Origin: Octopus vulgaris
Lineage: Eukaryota
Reading direction: 5' to 3'
Assembly: GCA_951406725.2 (NCBI GenBank)
Contig: OX597815.1
Location: 105,772,001 to 105,836,000, forward strand
DNA length: 64,000 nucleotides
Shown: piece by piece, positions 39,055 through 53,150 of the stretch
Layout of the letters: each line of letters opens with the position of its first letter
Numbering within the stretch: position 1 is the stretch's first letter
Translations under genes and position numbers: made by a program
The notes under the pieces: generated by a model
What the model saw: only the letters and a program-made list of their open reading frames with translations
What the model was told of the DNA's origin: nothing
The model's database searches: none

Positions 39055-40162
39055 GTAGGAAACATATTTCATTTATTGTTATGCATGTTATTCATTTATT
39101 GTTATTGTTTAATCAATAATGCACTGCCTCTCCTTCATGTTTCAGGGTCAGAGTTATATTTTAAGTATGGTTAATATTCAAATTGTAACATCTCAAATAG
39201 ATGTGAAACTTTATCTACATAGATACACAGTTCGAAACCTGTTAATGAACTTGTTACTGTTTTATTCCAAATGGTTGCTTATAATTACATTGAAAATCTT
39301 AGTAGGTGCCGCTGGACTGGCTCCCATGCCAGTGGCACGTAAAATGCACCATTTGAGCATGATCAATGCCAGTACCACTGGACTGGCTCCTAAAAAGCAC
39401 TATTCAAGCGTAGTCAATGCCAGTACCACCTGACTAGCCCTTGTGCCGGTGGCACATAAAAAGCACCCACTACACTCTCGGAGTTGTTAGTGTTAGAAAG
39501 AGCATCCAGATCAGATTGGAGCCTGTCGCAGCCTCTTGGCTTGCTAGTTGTCAGTCAAACTGTCCAACCCATGCCGGCATGGAAAGGGAACATTAAACGA
39601 TGATGATGATGTATTTATTTCCTTCATATAAGGTGATTTTCAGTTGAAACCTTTAATTGAATGTTAGGAAGACAGATGTGTTCTGGTAGTTTGAGCAGAG
39701 CACTTTTTTGTAAAAATGTAAAGTATGTTTGAAAACTGAATAAATTTGAGGAATGTGATTCCTTTAGTTTCAAAAACATATTGACTCTTAATGTTTTTTA
39801 ATTAAAGACAAGGTTAGTATTATTCTAGGGTGGAAAGTATTGGTGACTAAATCAGAATTTAATAAATACTAGTAATGATCCTTTCTATCAAAGGCACAAG
39901 GCTTGAAATTTTAGGAGGAGGGACTAGTTGAGTACATCGACCCAGTGTTTCACTGGTACTTATCGACCCAAAAGGATGAAAGACAAAGTCGACCTTGACA
40001 GAACTTGAACCCAAAGCATGAAGACAGATGAAATGCTGCTAAGCATAAGACGTTATAAAGCAGCTAATATTTTATTTCTTTGACCCACATTAAGTTTATA
40101 TTAACATTCTTCAACTTCTTAATCTACAATTAAATCCAGTGTTGAATTGTATTTTCATATCA

Positions 40163-40545
40163 GATGGCAATTTTGAGAAGGACTGAGAGAGAAATGTGTG
40201 GTGTGAAGCTGTTTGATAAGAGGAGAACTGAGGACTTGATGGGGATGCTGGGGATAGAGGAATCAGTGGAACAGCTGGCAAGGGTAAATGGAGTGTGGTG
40301 GTATGGCTATGTGTTGAGAAGGGATGAGAAGCATGCTCTGAAGAGGATGCTAGAGTTTGAGGTAAATGGACAGGGAAAGCAAGGTAGACTGAGGAAAATG
40401 TGGAGGAGGAGATTGGGAGGGTTGGCTTGAGAAGGGAGGACGCACAAAACCGGGCAAGATGGTGAGATGGTGTGAGGGCGGTTGCTATGGCATTGAGGTA
40501 GATCCAGGCACCCCCGTTAATTGGGACAAAACCCAGATATAAAAT
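40163..40545 (+). mobile_element. RTE LINE 3' fragment (second family)
   Basis: ILRRTEREMCGVKLFDKRRTEDLMGMLG..WYGYVLRRDEKHALKRMLEFEVNG..GRLRKMW. Confidence 0.85.
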
Positions 40546-40637
40546 ATATATAAATGTATGTATGTATGTTCGTTCATTCATTCATTCCATTATTCATGTT
40601 AAAACAAAAATTACTAAAGGTTCTTAATGATTTTCAG

Positions 40638-40730
40638 ACTGCCTTTTCTCATATCAAATCAATGGAGATCAGCATAGAATCAGAAAGGGAAACACACTTA
40701 GAATCTAAATTCAAGACAGAAGTTATGCAG
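40638..40730 (+). CDS. CCDC171: CCDC171-like exon: TAFSHIKSMEISIESERETHLESKFKTEVMQ
   Basis: TTTTCAG acceptor and GTAAAT donor, phase 0/0. Matches the recalled vertebrate CCDC171 motif IEAERAAHLESKFNSEIIQ. Confidence 0.85.
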
Positions 40731-43423
40731 GTAAATGGTCTATGTATATCTTTACAGTAGAGGGCAATGTATTGGTATTGTCCCAGATCTAATGTTCAGA
40801 AATTTATAATTATTTCAGTTCATACTCTTTGTTCAAATCCTTTAACAATCCTCTTAACTTTTCATCCCTCTAATCTAAATACATAATATACCGGCTTCAA
40901 TTCAACTACAGAAATGTTTTCTTTACATATCTGTAGCTTTACCTTGTTAAGTGAAAACTATAGATTCTTTAATTTCAAACAGCTCCAGATAGCTGAACCC
41001 CCTCAAATCCCATCCTATTGTCATAAAAGAGATGACACATTGGATAATATAATCCTAGATATTCTCTCTGAATAAAAACGATGGTCATCATGATCTGTTA
41101 GATCAGTGTTGATGATGTGAGGCCAAATAACAACTCTGAAAGGGTAAATAATTAAGGTTTCAGTTTAGATCATAAAGGGTCAGAGCTATATATTACAAAG
41201 TATTTTGTTTGGTTCCCTTTTTTGCTGTACCTCTGTTTGTGCCCTAATAATCTAATAAATATCATAATAATATTTTTCTAAAATATGCTAAAGACAATAT
41301 GGAAAAGCCAAACAATAGCCAATAAACTAAATGTCTTGATAGAGTGGAAGTAACCTAGAGTGAAAACCAACCATTACTTTAAAAAAGGGTCAGTGTGTAG
41401 CTACAAATATTTATGAAAACAAAATAATGATAAAAGTGGCAACTTCAGATTATACATTCAATACAAAGAAATAGTTAACATGATTTCTGGCTGCCAATTT
41501 ATTTCCAGTCAGGGTACATTCACAGATATGATTGAGTTGAGGCAATATACAAAAACACTGATGTGAAAATGAGTAAGTACTGGATAAACATGTACCAAAC
41601 ACAGTACATGAGAATGACCCGGTCACAAACACCTGGGACATGCCTGTTAAGACATCAAGAGATCAAGGCAACTCACTCAGCTATAAGTATCAAGCAGTGA
41701 ATAGTACACTGCACTCTATGAGGCATATCCATCTGATCAAGAAAACATTGCACTGAAGGAGGTGAAAAAACTCCCTAAAAGGAATATCTTGAAATTGAAC
41801 TAGACAGAAAGTTGAGTATGAAGGTGAAAACAGAACTTATTAAAACATGAAGCTCATCAACAAGAGCCATTCTAAGATTCACAGCTCCACACACAGTCCA
41901 AAAACTAGCTTTTCTCATCATAGCTATCTTATCAATTGTAGTTACAATACAATAGCACAACCCAAACAGTTCGCTCTTTGCACACTATACAGTAACCACC
42001 CAATAAAATGACACCTCACTTAACAGATTTATACTTGATAAAATTATCACCAAACAGTATAACACAGCACATGCTCTACACAATGCACACCTATAAAGTA
42101 ACGCAAAACATACTCTTACAAAATCCATACTCGATACTATAAAACCAACAACTCACATTCTACACAATTGCCACCTATTAATATGGCACATGATACATGC
42201 ACTACACAATTACCACCTGACTCTATAATGCATAACACTAATTACAAAATATATGGAACACAAACACCACCTATCAAAATAACTCACATTGCACACATTC
42301 TACAAAACAAACAGATATTAAATTAATGCTAAAAGCAATGAATTAAATGTCTCATAAAATCACAATTCTCAAGAACATGGGGGTGTACCTATTAGAACAG
42401 TAGAAACTTGCATAAAACTGGTGAAAACATGATAGTGAGAATAATTGTATTTAATATAGGCACAAGGCCAGAAATCTGATAGGAGGAGATTAGTCAATTA
42501 CATTGACCGCCCCCCCCCCCCAGTACTGGGCTAGTACTTTATCTTACCAACCACCAAAAGAGAAGAGGTAAATGTGGTATTCAACTACTGATCTACAATG
42601 GTGATCATTGTACTTGACTACTGATCTATAATGGAGAACTATTTATTTATAGTAGTCGGTATTAGAATATTGATCTGTTGTGGTGGCCACATTACATGAC
42701 TACAGATCTACAGAGATGGTCATGGTATTGAATGACTCATCTATTATAGTGATCATTGTACTAAACTAAACTACTGTTGTCATCATAGAACTGAACTGTT
42801 GGAATATTTTGGTAATGATAGTATTGGACTACTGATCCAGGGGACTATGTTTTCAACTTCTGCTACCACTAACTAATAACTTCTGCTCCTGATTAAGTAA
42901 ACTTACTTTATTTACTTCAGTCTACTAGCATGAAAATAGGTGGCACTCCAGAGCATATATTCATCATTAGTCTCAGAAAACAGCTACGGTATTGCCACAT
43001 CAGTAGGCTATAAGAGAGAAGATCACATTAAATATCAGTGCTTCATATTCTGTCAGTCACAATGCAATAATTCTGTTTCCAAGAAGACACTTGTCTTTGG
43101 AAAGTATACCAGCTGATATAATTCACAGCAACATTATCAGTTTACAGTGCTGCTGAGTTGAATTCCTTCTATAGGAAACATTACCTGTTATTAAGAGGTT
43201 TTCTATTCAGAATAAATTCGTTTTTCATTTGCTTATTTCTATGAAAACTGAAGATGATCACAAGAGGTTTGGTTGAAGAAAATAATGATTAGGAATGTCT
43301 AATAAAACAATCCCATAAATATCTGTGACATATTCCACCTTAACTGATACATGTTAAACTTAGACTTCTACTCCTCAGAGCCTTCTTTATCAACTATTCT
43401 TAATATGTTTTATATTTATTTAG

Positions 43424-43518
43424 ATGCATGTGCAAGACTTGGACAAAACCCTTCAAATGGAGCGTACTGCTTCAAAAGAAGCTCAGAAGACTTTTGAAGA
43501 AATGAATAAAAAACTTAG
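43424..43518 (+). CDS. CCDC171: CCDC171-like exon: MHVQDLDKTLQMERTASKEAQKTFEEMNKKL(R)
   Basis: TTTAG acceptor and GTATGT donor, phase 0 in and phase 2 out. Parallels recalled CCDC171 [20 protein letters not shown]. Confidence 0.85.
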
Positions 43519-44169
43519 GTATGTCAAGAAATGTTCATGATGCTGTAAGTGTCATTATCATCATCTGATTTTCCATGCTGAATACATTATTTCTTACTTA
43601 TTGTCTGCCTCTTTCCAGTTTCTTCTGTAAACTGTAATTTTTCTTACTTCAGCTGTTACTTCACATTTCTCTACTTTCATCTTTTCCTATTATCAAATAC
43701 CACCTCCAATCATTCATTCATTCATTCATAATCTCATATTCTTGAGATTAACGCTACACATGTAGAAAATTATACATATTTTGTTGCTCAATAATCACCT
43801 GGAATATTTAACAATTTTTGTTCATGCTGTGATGCTATCACCACTCAAGTGGTTAAGAAGTTCACTTTGCAATCATGATAACCTGGGTTCAATCCCATTT
43901 CATGGAACTTTGAGCTAGTATCTTTACAATAGCTGTGAATCTGCCAAAGCCATGTCAATGGAAATAGGTAGACAGGAACAATGTGAAAGCCCATTGGAAG
44001 ATTGTACATGTAATTCAAAGGGCCAAACCTTGTTAGACACTGTGCCACTCTGATTTCCTATTAGGGTTGCAACTATTTGTGGGATATTCAACCACCTACA
44101 CTATAATTCAATGAATAAATGGTTCAGGTGAGAAAACAACTGCATCTCCCAGACTGAGGCTGGATGCAA

Positions 44170-46865
44170 AATATAAAATGGGTCTCCTGCCTTGACTTTC
44201 TTATTAGGAGCTCTTTTGCATTCCTTCAGGAATCTGATATCCTTTGGTGGTGGTGACTGGTGTCTGTTAACTTTAACTCTTTGCAGATCAGTCTACTTGG
44301 CAATTTACGCAAAGACCTTGTTGTTTCTCCATTTGTATTTGCCTTCTCCTAGTGCCTTAGGGCATCTAGTCAAGATGTGATACATAGTGCAAAGAGTTGC
44401 TCCATACTGTCTCATATTTTAAGGTTATTTGGGGTTATCAAGAAGAGATCAGCAACAGCATGAAGGAGGAAGGACAATCTTCCCTGGTCACTGCCCCAGT
44501 GATCCTTCCAGGACAGCAGGTGCTCTAACATTTGGTGCCACTGTATCCATTGTCCCTGGTGTGCAAGACCTACTACCTTCACTCAGCAATCCTTCTCTAT
44601 TGAATCACAGATCCTTCATGAGTTCTCTCTTGTTCCTCTTGTTGGTGCTTCTCCAATTCTTGATGCTGTAATTGCCAAGTCCTAGCCATCTTTGATAAAC
44701 TACTCCAATAATCTCCTGGCATTTCCAGTATGCCTCTGCTTTCTTCACAACTTCCTGCAACTTCCATTTTCTGCCACACTTTACAGTCTTGTTGGTGTAT
44801 CTGACTCTCTCATTCTTCATATAGAAGCAATGTGCTGATTACTCTTTCCTTTGTGGGTTTCCTCTACCACTGGAGGAAGAGAATTGGTTGGCAGAGCTTA
44901 AAGGTCTTTTGGGGGGAACACCCAATCATCTTCACACTAATTTACTGTGTGGCTTCTGTGTTACCTCTACCTGGATCATGGCAAAATCATGAAGCAAACA
45001 TGATCCCTGCAGTCTGGGTATGATGCCATACTGGGAGCACCATACTTTGAACCTTCCATGTAGCTAACTTTTATCAACTGCCAATATCCTAAGAGGTATG
45101 ACTGTAATCTTTCCCAATGAATCAGACTCCTTTTTCTTGAATTGTTGGATCCCTACGTCCCTGAATGCTGATGATGTCATCTGTCAGCTTTCCTTAGAAG
45201 ATATTCAGGTTCGGAAATTCCACTGGATTAAAATGTGACCATGTAGCCATGTTTTCCAGTTAGCTCGGTGTCCACCATACCCTTTCAGTTGGTGGTGTCA
45301 TAACTATTATGCCATCCATAAAGGCTCTGCAAAGTGGATTTCTTGTATTTTCATATTTCAGTACCTCTCTACTGCTTCCTTCCCAACTCTAACAGTAGGT
45401 TCATGGCTACCATAGGTAGTACCATTGAACTTGTGCACCCTGCTACAATGCCTTTTTCCAGTCTCTGCTATTTAGTGGTGAAATTTCCCACTATGAGCCT
45501 TATCAGTGAATTCATGTGACATTATGAATTTGATTACTTCTGTTCATACTTGATAGGATTCCAATGCACTTTGGAGTACTGGTGGGGCACACTTGGGTAT
45601 GCTTTGACAAGATCCAAACATACAGCAGGGAGTGAGTTGTTGTTCCTCTTTGCCTTCTTAATGACATGGCTGATCGCTGATGCATGTTTGAAGCATCCAG
45701 ATTAGCCTGGGACCCCTTCTTTCTGGACACTCATGTTGATGCACTCATTGGCCAGGAGATATGATATTAAACTTTTGGTAACGATGGCCCAAAAGATCTT
45801 TCCCTCCATGTTTATAAGAGAAATCTCTTGAAACTGGTCAAATCCTACTGAGTTTTCCTCTTTTGAGACAAAACAGCCTTCAGCAAGTATCCAAAGCCAA
45901 GGTTTCTGCTGCTTCTTCCAGATCAAACATAAAAGTTTTGCTAACTTTCTTAACAGCTGTGGGCAGTTTTGTAAATTCATTAAGTGGTATTAGATGGCTC
46001 TGGAGCAGAACCTGTACAAACTTTTACCACAACTGCCCTCACTTTGTTGAAAATGAAGTCTGCTATATTGAAACGGGTGTGGAGTTTGAGCTTTGGCAGT
46101 GGAGAGAGAGAATTTCCTAATGGAATATCTCTCCTGGGGTCACCATGCATTACTGCTACTCTGCTCTCCACCTCTTTCCTGAAGCACATTAACATGTTGC
46201 ATTTTGGCTTTCTGAGGAAGTCAACCATGAACTGGAAGGACTGGTTAAAAATAAGACCTTTTCTCTCTGCTTTTTTGAAAGTGACACTGCCCTACAAAGC
46301 TGGAGCAGGTTTCTTCATGAATTCAAACTAGGTTGATTTAAATTTACTTTACTTTCGTTGTCTGCATCTTTCCACCTTTTCTTCAGCTACCTTAGCACTT
46401 TTCTCAATTCTGTCATCTGATGTTACCTCCTACTGTGACTGTTCTGTTTACTGCTTTTGTTAGCTTCATGCCAAAAGTATCTTGGCATGCTTGGTATCCC
46501 ACTTGCACCATGGTTTTATCTTCCTGGAAGTGTCACCCTTCAAAATGTTGTCTTGTCCAACAGAATCCATCTCAGATTTGTCACTGGAGGCAAATTCTGC
46601 TATGATTTCTTCTCAAAGCCCTTACAGCTTTCAGATTAATCCACTCTTCTTATGTATTGAGCAAGTTGAGCAGAGAGGCCCTGGGCATTGTGATTTATAT
46701 TTTACCCTGGTCCTTCTCTGACTTACAAGAAGTGCTAATACTACCAGAACTAGGCCCCTAGGTACTGTTTGATGCTTTGCATTGCTCTTTGCATTCCAAT
46801 TTTCTTTGATGAATCTTCATGCCATGTTCACTCCTAAATACTCTACCACAGTCAGTCCATCTCTT
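44170..46865 (-). mobile_element. Degenerate HERO/NeSL-like (R2 group) non-LTR retrotransposon
   Basis: N-terminal finger CGRVFRSEHGMKIHQ, RT segments SKEENSVGFDQFQEISLINMEGKIF..SVQKEGVPG, GIVAGCT and RAFMD, and C-terminal HILTRCPKALGEGKYKWRNNKV. Confidence 0.8.
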
Positions 46866-48236
46866 TTTCTATGATTTTATTTAACATACTGCCTCCTAGA
46901 CTTGCTGTCAGTCATCCTGAGATTTATCAACTCCTTATATTCATTACATGTTAGGTGTTAAGTTGTAACTCTTTCATGTCATAATCCCCCACTGGTTAAA
47001 CATTTGCCACTGTTTAATAACATCTAAGCAAAGTAAATTTTCCCTACCTTAAAATAACCTCACTTCTGGGGTTCATTTCACAATTAAAAATATATTATCT
47101 GCATATTGAATCTCCCCTGAACCCCCAGTGTCAGATTTAGTTCTATAGGCTTGTAATGTATGGAAAATCAGTGCCACCATTCAGTGGAGTCTTAAATCAC
47201 CTGTGTCTTCTCTTAGCCTACAAGAACTGAAATATATTTCTGTTTCTAGCTGTAATTGAGTTGAATAGAAAATTATGTTAAAACTTGTGGAGATATTTCA
47301 TTTGTTTGAGTGAGTTATTTTGTATTATTGTGATTACATATGAAAGTGTTGATATCATCTGGGCAATGATTTTTACATTCTATTCTTTCACTCACTCTCC
47401 TATTGTTAGTTGTTGTGACATGTTTCTTCAGTAACCACCCAATATTTAAGGTATACAAGATTAGGCTAGTTATCCATAGAGTAACAGAACAGACAGGATG
47501 AGTCAGTGTTGTTTGATATATCTATGCCATGCTTTAGCAATCAAACAATTAATTTCTCACCAAGGTCTTGCTTCATCAAGGCTAACTTCACATATTAAAC
47601 AACACAAATATGCTAAAGAAGTTTAATTTATGAGGATCTTTCAATACTCTACTAATATTAGCTTCTTTGAAAAGAAAAAAACAATTGGCATAATTTGAAC
47701 TATGAAATATAAATCATAAGTATAACATCTCCACCCCAAAACTTCAGTATGCTTCATTCATATCTATGTTTCAAATATCTCGTGGTAGATGATACTTTGT
47801 GTGAATGTTATTTGCAGAAAGTCTCTAGGAAAATGTTATCTCTAGGAAGATTACAAAATACTTATTAGTGCTACAGGCCTTAGCAGAGGAGTTTTAGACT
47901 TGTTGCGTAAAGTAACTACTATGTGCTGATGACTAGTTTTTATAGGTGAATCTGTAGAAGACTTAGAGAAAACATTCCAGATTTGGAAGCAAAATATAGA
48001 ATCAAGAGGTTTCAAAGTAAATTTAGAGAAAGCAGGAACATTGTACTGTTAGAGAAATAAACTCAAATTGCAAAAAAGGCTCAGGTAGAAATTCCATATG
48101 GTGTACTTGGTGCAAGCACTCGTTGCACAAGATATGTAGTGGGGTCGCAAAAGAAGGTAGACTTCTTATGTCAAAAAGGAAATTCTTCAAATGTTTAGGA
48201 GTAAGTAGCTTTTATTACATCATCATCATCATTTAA

Positions 48237-48457
48237 CCCTTTAGCATTTAAACCGGCCATATCCAGCCAAAAGTATTCTGCCTGTTTTATGTTCAGCATG
48301 GCCAGATCTGGTCTCTCACACCAACCCTACAAGATCATTTGAAAAATTAACAGCTACCTCATCAAAATCTCATAGCTACAAGATAATGCATGATTAGTTC
48401 AAAACAATATGGATAAAAAAGGATTAATTTTGGCAGAATAATGTGAACCCTAAAGGG
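48237..48457. mobile_element. TTAA-specific MITE (piggyBac-like)
   Basis: TTAA|CCCTTTAG...CTAAAGGG|TTAA, inserted at the TTAA beside the (CAT)n tail of an RTE-tail repeat. Confidence 0.85.
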
Positions 48458-49521
48458 TTAATGTTTGCTTTCTGTGTTGGCAGTAGTTGGATGGCTTGAC
48501 AGGAGCTGGCAGGCCAGAGGACTGCACTAAGCTTCTCTGTCTATTTTGGTATGGTTTGTATAGTTGGATGCCCTTCCTAACCACCTTACAGAGTGGACTG
48601 AGTGCTTTTTATATGGCACCAGCACCAGCAAAGTCTGTTTTGACATGGTTTTTATGGTTGGATTCCCTTCCTAATGCCAACTACTTTACAGAGTGGCCTG
48701 GGTGCTTTCTACATAGCACCAGCACCAGCGAGGTTTACTTTAGTATGGTTTTTACAGCTGGATGCCCTTCCAAATGCCAATCACTTTACAGTATGGACTG
48801 GATGCTTTTTACATAGCACCAGCACTTTGAAAGATCCTTTGAAAAGTGGAGTATTGGAGGAGGTAGCCTTGTACCAAGTAATGAGAGGTTAGAGTGTGAC
48901 AGAGAGAGAGAAACAAGTGTCTTGCTGTAGAGGAGACACATGATTACCTAGTCAGAGGGAGAGAATGAGAGAAAGAGAGAGAGAGACGGAGGCAAAAGAA
49001 AGACATTTATAACCAATCCTTCCAATTCATAGCTCCAAGGTGACCAAAGCTTTATGAGTAGATTTGGTAGGCAGAAACTGAGAGAATCTTGTTCCCAAAC
49101 TAAGTAATACTTCCTCATGCCTAGACATGTTTTCCCTGGAAGATTGGAGATGAACAACATTGCTTCCATGACAGTGGTACTCATTTACAAGATGTCAAGA
49201 GAAGAGTATACACAAGCACACACATTTATTCACACACACACATATACAAGAACTAGCTTCTTATAGTTTCTGTCTACCAAATCTACAAGGCTTTCATCAA
49301 CCAAGGGCTATAGAACTCACTTGCTCAAGGCGCCACATGTGGGACTGCATCTGAAACCACATGGTTCGGAAGTGAACTTTTAAACTACATGGCTGTGATA
49401 ATGTAAAATTAAACACTTATTTACTTCTTAATGAAAATGAACAAAATGAAGAATGCAAAAGAAATGCAAGCGAGAATTAAAGAGCATTGTTGTTTGCTTG
49501 AAGCATTGTTGTACAAAAGTG

Positions 49522-50223
49522 GAATAATTAATGAAATAAGAAATAAGGAAAGCTTCTAACAATGCAGAAAGTTATAAAAAAACTTCATATTTTGGGTGCA
49601 AAGGCCTATCTTCAGAAGAATACAGTCAAAGACATGTATATTTACACAGATCCTGCCATTTTGGATAGACCAGTACTTGTGCTAGTAGCAGCATTTCCCC
49701 AAATGCTGCTGTAGTTGGTGTTGTACCTGTCACAATGGGGACAGCTGTGCTGGAGACAAGGAAGACTGGTTGAGGTTGGCAACGGTAGTGGTGGTGGTGG
49801 TGGCGGTGTCTACATCCCCATAGTTGGTGGTAGTGGTAAGTGTTGTGGTAGTAGTTGGCGGTGTATGTTCTTGTAGTATCTGCTGGCATGGTGGTTGATG
49901 GCAGTTTACAACAAACATTCCTCAATATGGCATGAAATAGCAGTGGTGGAGGGTACTGGTAGGTATCAGTGCTAGTCACTATTGTGGTAGTAAGGATGTT
50001 GGTCATGGTTGCAGTAACAAAGGGAGTGTTTGACAGTATATTCACAGAAGCCACTGACCCAATTTCAATCAACCATTGACTTTTGGGGTTAAGTTGGTGG
50101 ATCAATAAAGATAGGTCTTGCAGTGGATTAGTAAAGATAGACCTTTTGCACCTGAAATATAAAGGTTTTTAAACTTTGTGCATTGTTGGAAGCTTTCTTT
50201 CTTTCCCATTTCATTCATTATTC
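49522..50223. repeat. ~95-bp imperfect inverted repeat (49522-49615 / 50131-50223)
   Basis: The reverse complement of the left arm, CTGAAGATAGGCCTTTGCACC..TGCATTGTTAGAAGCTTTCC, matches the right arm. Confidence 0.8.
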
Positions 50224-50379
50224 TTCTTCAACAAGAGATAATTATTTTTCACACGTTAATGTGAAGGAGGATATTGTTTGCTATAACATAATAATTGTAC
50301 ATCAAGAGGAAAAGAGGTTAATTTTTAGCCTCAAATCTTCCTCAACATCGAATTTGATTTTGTATTTATCTTTCTTTTT

Positions 50380-51300
50380 TTCTTTTTAAGAAAAACCAAC
50401 ATGTGGAATCTAGTTTTTCGTTGTTAAGTTGTAACAAAATGCATTAAAAATTAGGCCACTTTCTTACATAATTAATTTAGATACTCTTTACAACTTAAGC
50501 AAAAACCAATTCAGATGTTCTTAATTTTTGTTTCAGAGTAGTGTTGCATGAAAATTCAATTAAGAAATCCACTTAGTTCATTTTATTGTAACATTTCTTC
50601 ATTTTCTGACTTTTCACTGAATGGATTTCTAATCCAAATTTTTGTTGACATAGTTTTGGGATGGGGAATATTCATTCAAATTTTTTGTTAAACTTAAAAG
50701 TTGTTTTTGAATTGATGCAGAAAATGCATCTAATTGTAAGTTTATTTCTAAATGATTTCTTTATAATTTACATAATGCTTCAATGGACTGAAATTTTCCT
50801 TTTAGAACATGTTCCATCCACAAAGTCAGTTATTTAATTATTGCTTTTCTTTCTCCATGAACTTTAACAACATTTATGTTTGTGCTTTACAAGTTCAAAT
50901 TTAATTCATTTACAATAGAATATTTCATATAAGTAGGTCAGCCATAATAACCAATCAAATTCTTGAAATCTATTTTTAAAATCAAATATATCTCTTGCTA
51001 ACAGAGCATGTTCATCTAGAAACAATAAAATTTCATTTTATAATTCAAGAAGTTATTCCAAAGCATTTCCTTTATATTCCACTGATAACTCATAATGCAA
51101 AAGGTGTTCATATTCTTTTCCCTGTTCTTTACACAACTCAGTAATGGTCCTATTATTCAGTGGACAAAATTTTATATAATTTATCAAGTTTATATATTCA
51201 TGAAAAGTTAAGTCAAAAATTAAGAGCAGACATTTCACAACTAAAACTTGCCTGTGAATGAGAGATTATTCTATATTTCCCTACTTGTCAATTCTGCATT
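50380..51300 (-). mobile_element. Degenerate hAT (Charlie/Buster, ZBED5/SCAND3-like) transposase fragment
   Basis: IHRQVLVVK..INYIKFCPLNNRTITELCKEQGKEYEHLLHY..GNALE*LLEL*NEILLFL. Confidence 0.65.
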
Positions 51301-51999
51301 TAACTATATTTTTATACATAATTAGTGCAGTTAAAAAAATCTCTTCTTTTTCCATACACTCAAGATGTTAGAATTTTCAGGCATGAAAATTTAATTTTAA
51401 TCTTTTTTTAACATACTTTTTTTAACCATGCTTATATGGGTTGAATGGAGTTCAGGTTTTTTTACAGCCAGATGCCCTTCCTGTTGCCATTTTCTCATCT
51501 GCTTCCAAGTATGATAACGTTTTCCCATGGCCAGACATGTTTACATGAAAGATTGGAAACGAACAGCACTGCTTGTTTGGTGACACTCATTTACAACTTT
51601 CACACAATGTCACGACAAGGAGACACAAACACACATGCTCTCATATCAGCATTTCTTACTCCTATTTCAGTTGGAATAGTTTTCTATAGTTTTCTACCTC
51701 CAACAAAGCATCAGGAGTTCTTAAAGAAGAGGAAAAAACGCCTTTGTTCCCTTTGTAAAATTCAGACAGAATATTATCACTGTTTTGCTGTTTTTACTAC
51801 TAGGTAGATCAGTATGGTTGTTGGGGTTCCTTTCTATTTCTGTCATTTTAGGGCATCATAGAATAATGTTAGCCAAGTGTTTGCTTAAATTATTTTTGTT
51901 ACAAATGGAGGTTAACATAGTGGAGTAGTACTCAGTCCCTTGTTATATACTATACTCTCCTGTCTAGAATGTCTAGAATTGGAATACCAGTTGAAGACT

Positions 52000-53150
52000 T
52001 TAAGTGGGAAACTTTCACAATTTAAAAATGTAAGAGTAGTCTTTTCACCTTGTCTCCTATATCTAAGGCATGCTGAATAGTGCAAAATTTCTTCTTAGTA
52101 ATTGATAGCACACTTTCAAGCTGTTCTTTATGCTTTTGACTTAACAGTTCTAAGTTGATTGGCTGTAGTTTCCATTGAATTTTCATCAAACTTCAGTTAG
52201 GCACTTCTTTCTTTTTCCTATAACAGTGTTATAATTGTAGATGCATTTTCTTCAACCAAGTTTACTTCAGATGCTTTATTTGTCCAAAATATTTTGATAG
52301 CAGTATCACACATTGCTTCTTTTAGGCAATTCTAAGTTTTATCGAGGAAAATGAAACAAACCGAGAAGCAACTAAACATAGAGTTCAACTGCTCCACAAT
52401 TAGTTTGCTTAAGGTTGCATTGTACTGTAGCATCTTGCCCTTCTGAATTTTTTTTTTTTTTATTAAATCTCTCTTTTGGCTGTAGCAATAAAAAGGATGA
52501 GATTTGTATCAGAATCAGTGTTCTTATGTGATCTTGGTCAATGTAGACATCTAGGTCTAGTTTTTTTACCATTGTAGAATGCGTTTGTTACATTGAAAGA
52601 GTCATGAGAGCAGAGCACTGTCTATTTTTGTTGATTGCACCAACTCCAAACTGTCCCAAGAAAGACCAATTTGAATAATCAGATCTCTCTCAAGCATTGA
52701 AGTCACCCAGAAGAGTTGAGGAGTGATGACATATGCACTAAATAATGTTTGCAAAGTCTTACTAGTTGTTTAACTTTAAAGACAGGATGTTCCTATTCTC
52801 TCTCACAGGTGTATTGATATTGCTAAAGAATTTATTGCTGTCTCCATGCACAGCATAGTCTTCAGATCTACAGCCTTTTCAGTAAAATATATAATGATTC
52901 ACTTTCAAATACTCAGAGTTAGCCAATCTTGCCTTCTCATTCAAACATTCTATTGCAAGTCAGTATTGACAAGTCCAGTACACATTCTCACATTTCAGAT
53001 CTTCAACTTCAGTGATGTTGTTTTGCTTTGTTTCAACTTATGTCTGCTTGTTGGCTTTAAATCCATCTTCATATACCCCATCAGGCAAACAGATGTGATG
53101 GATTAGCACTTTACTGATCAGTGCAACTGAAAAGAATTGACCTATAACAT
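52000..53150 (-). mobile_element. Degenerate RTE-type apurinic endonuclease region
   Basis: LLGDFNA*..LGQFGVGAINKN and LDLDVYIDQDH-like segments; boundaries are uncertain. Confidence 0.55.
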
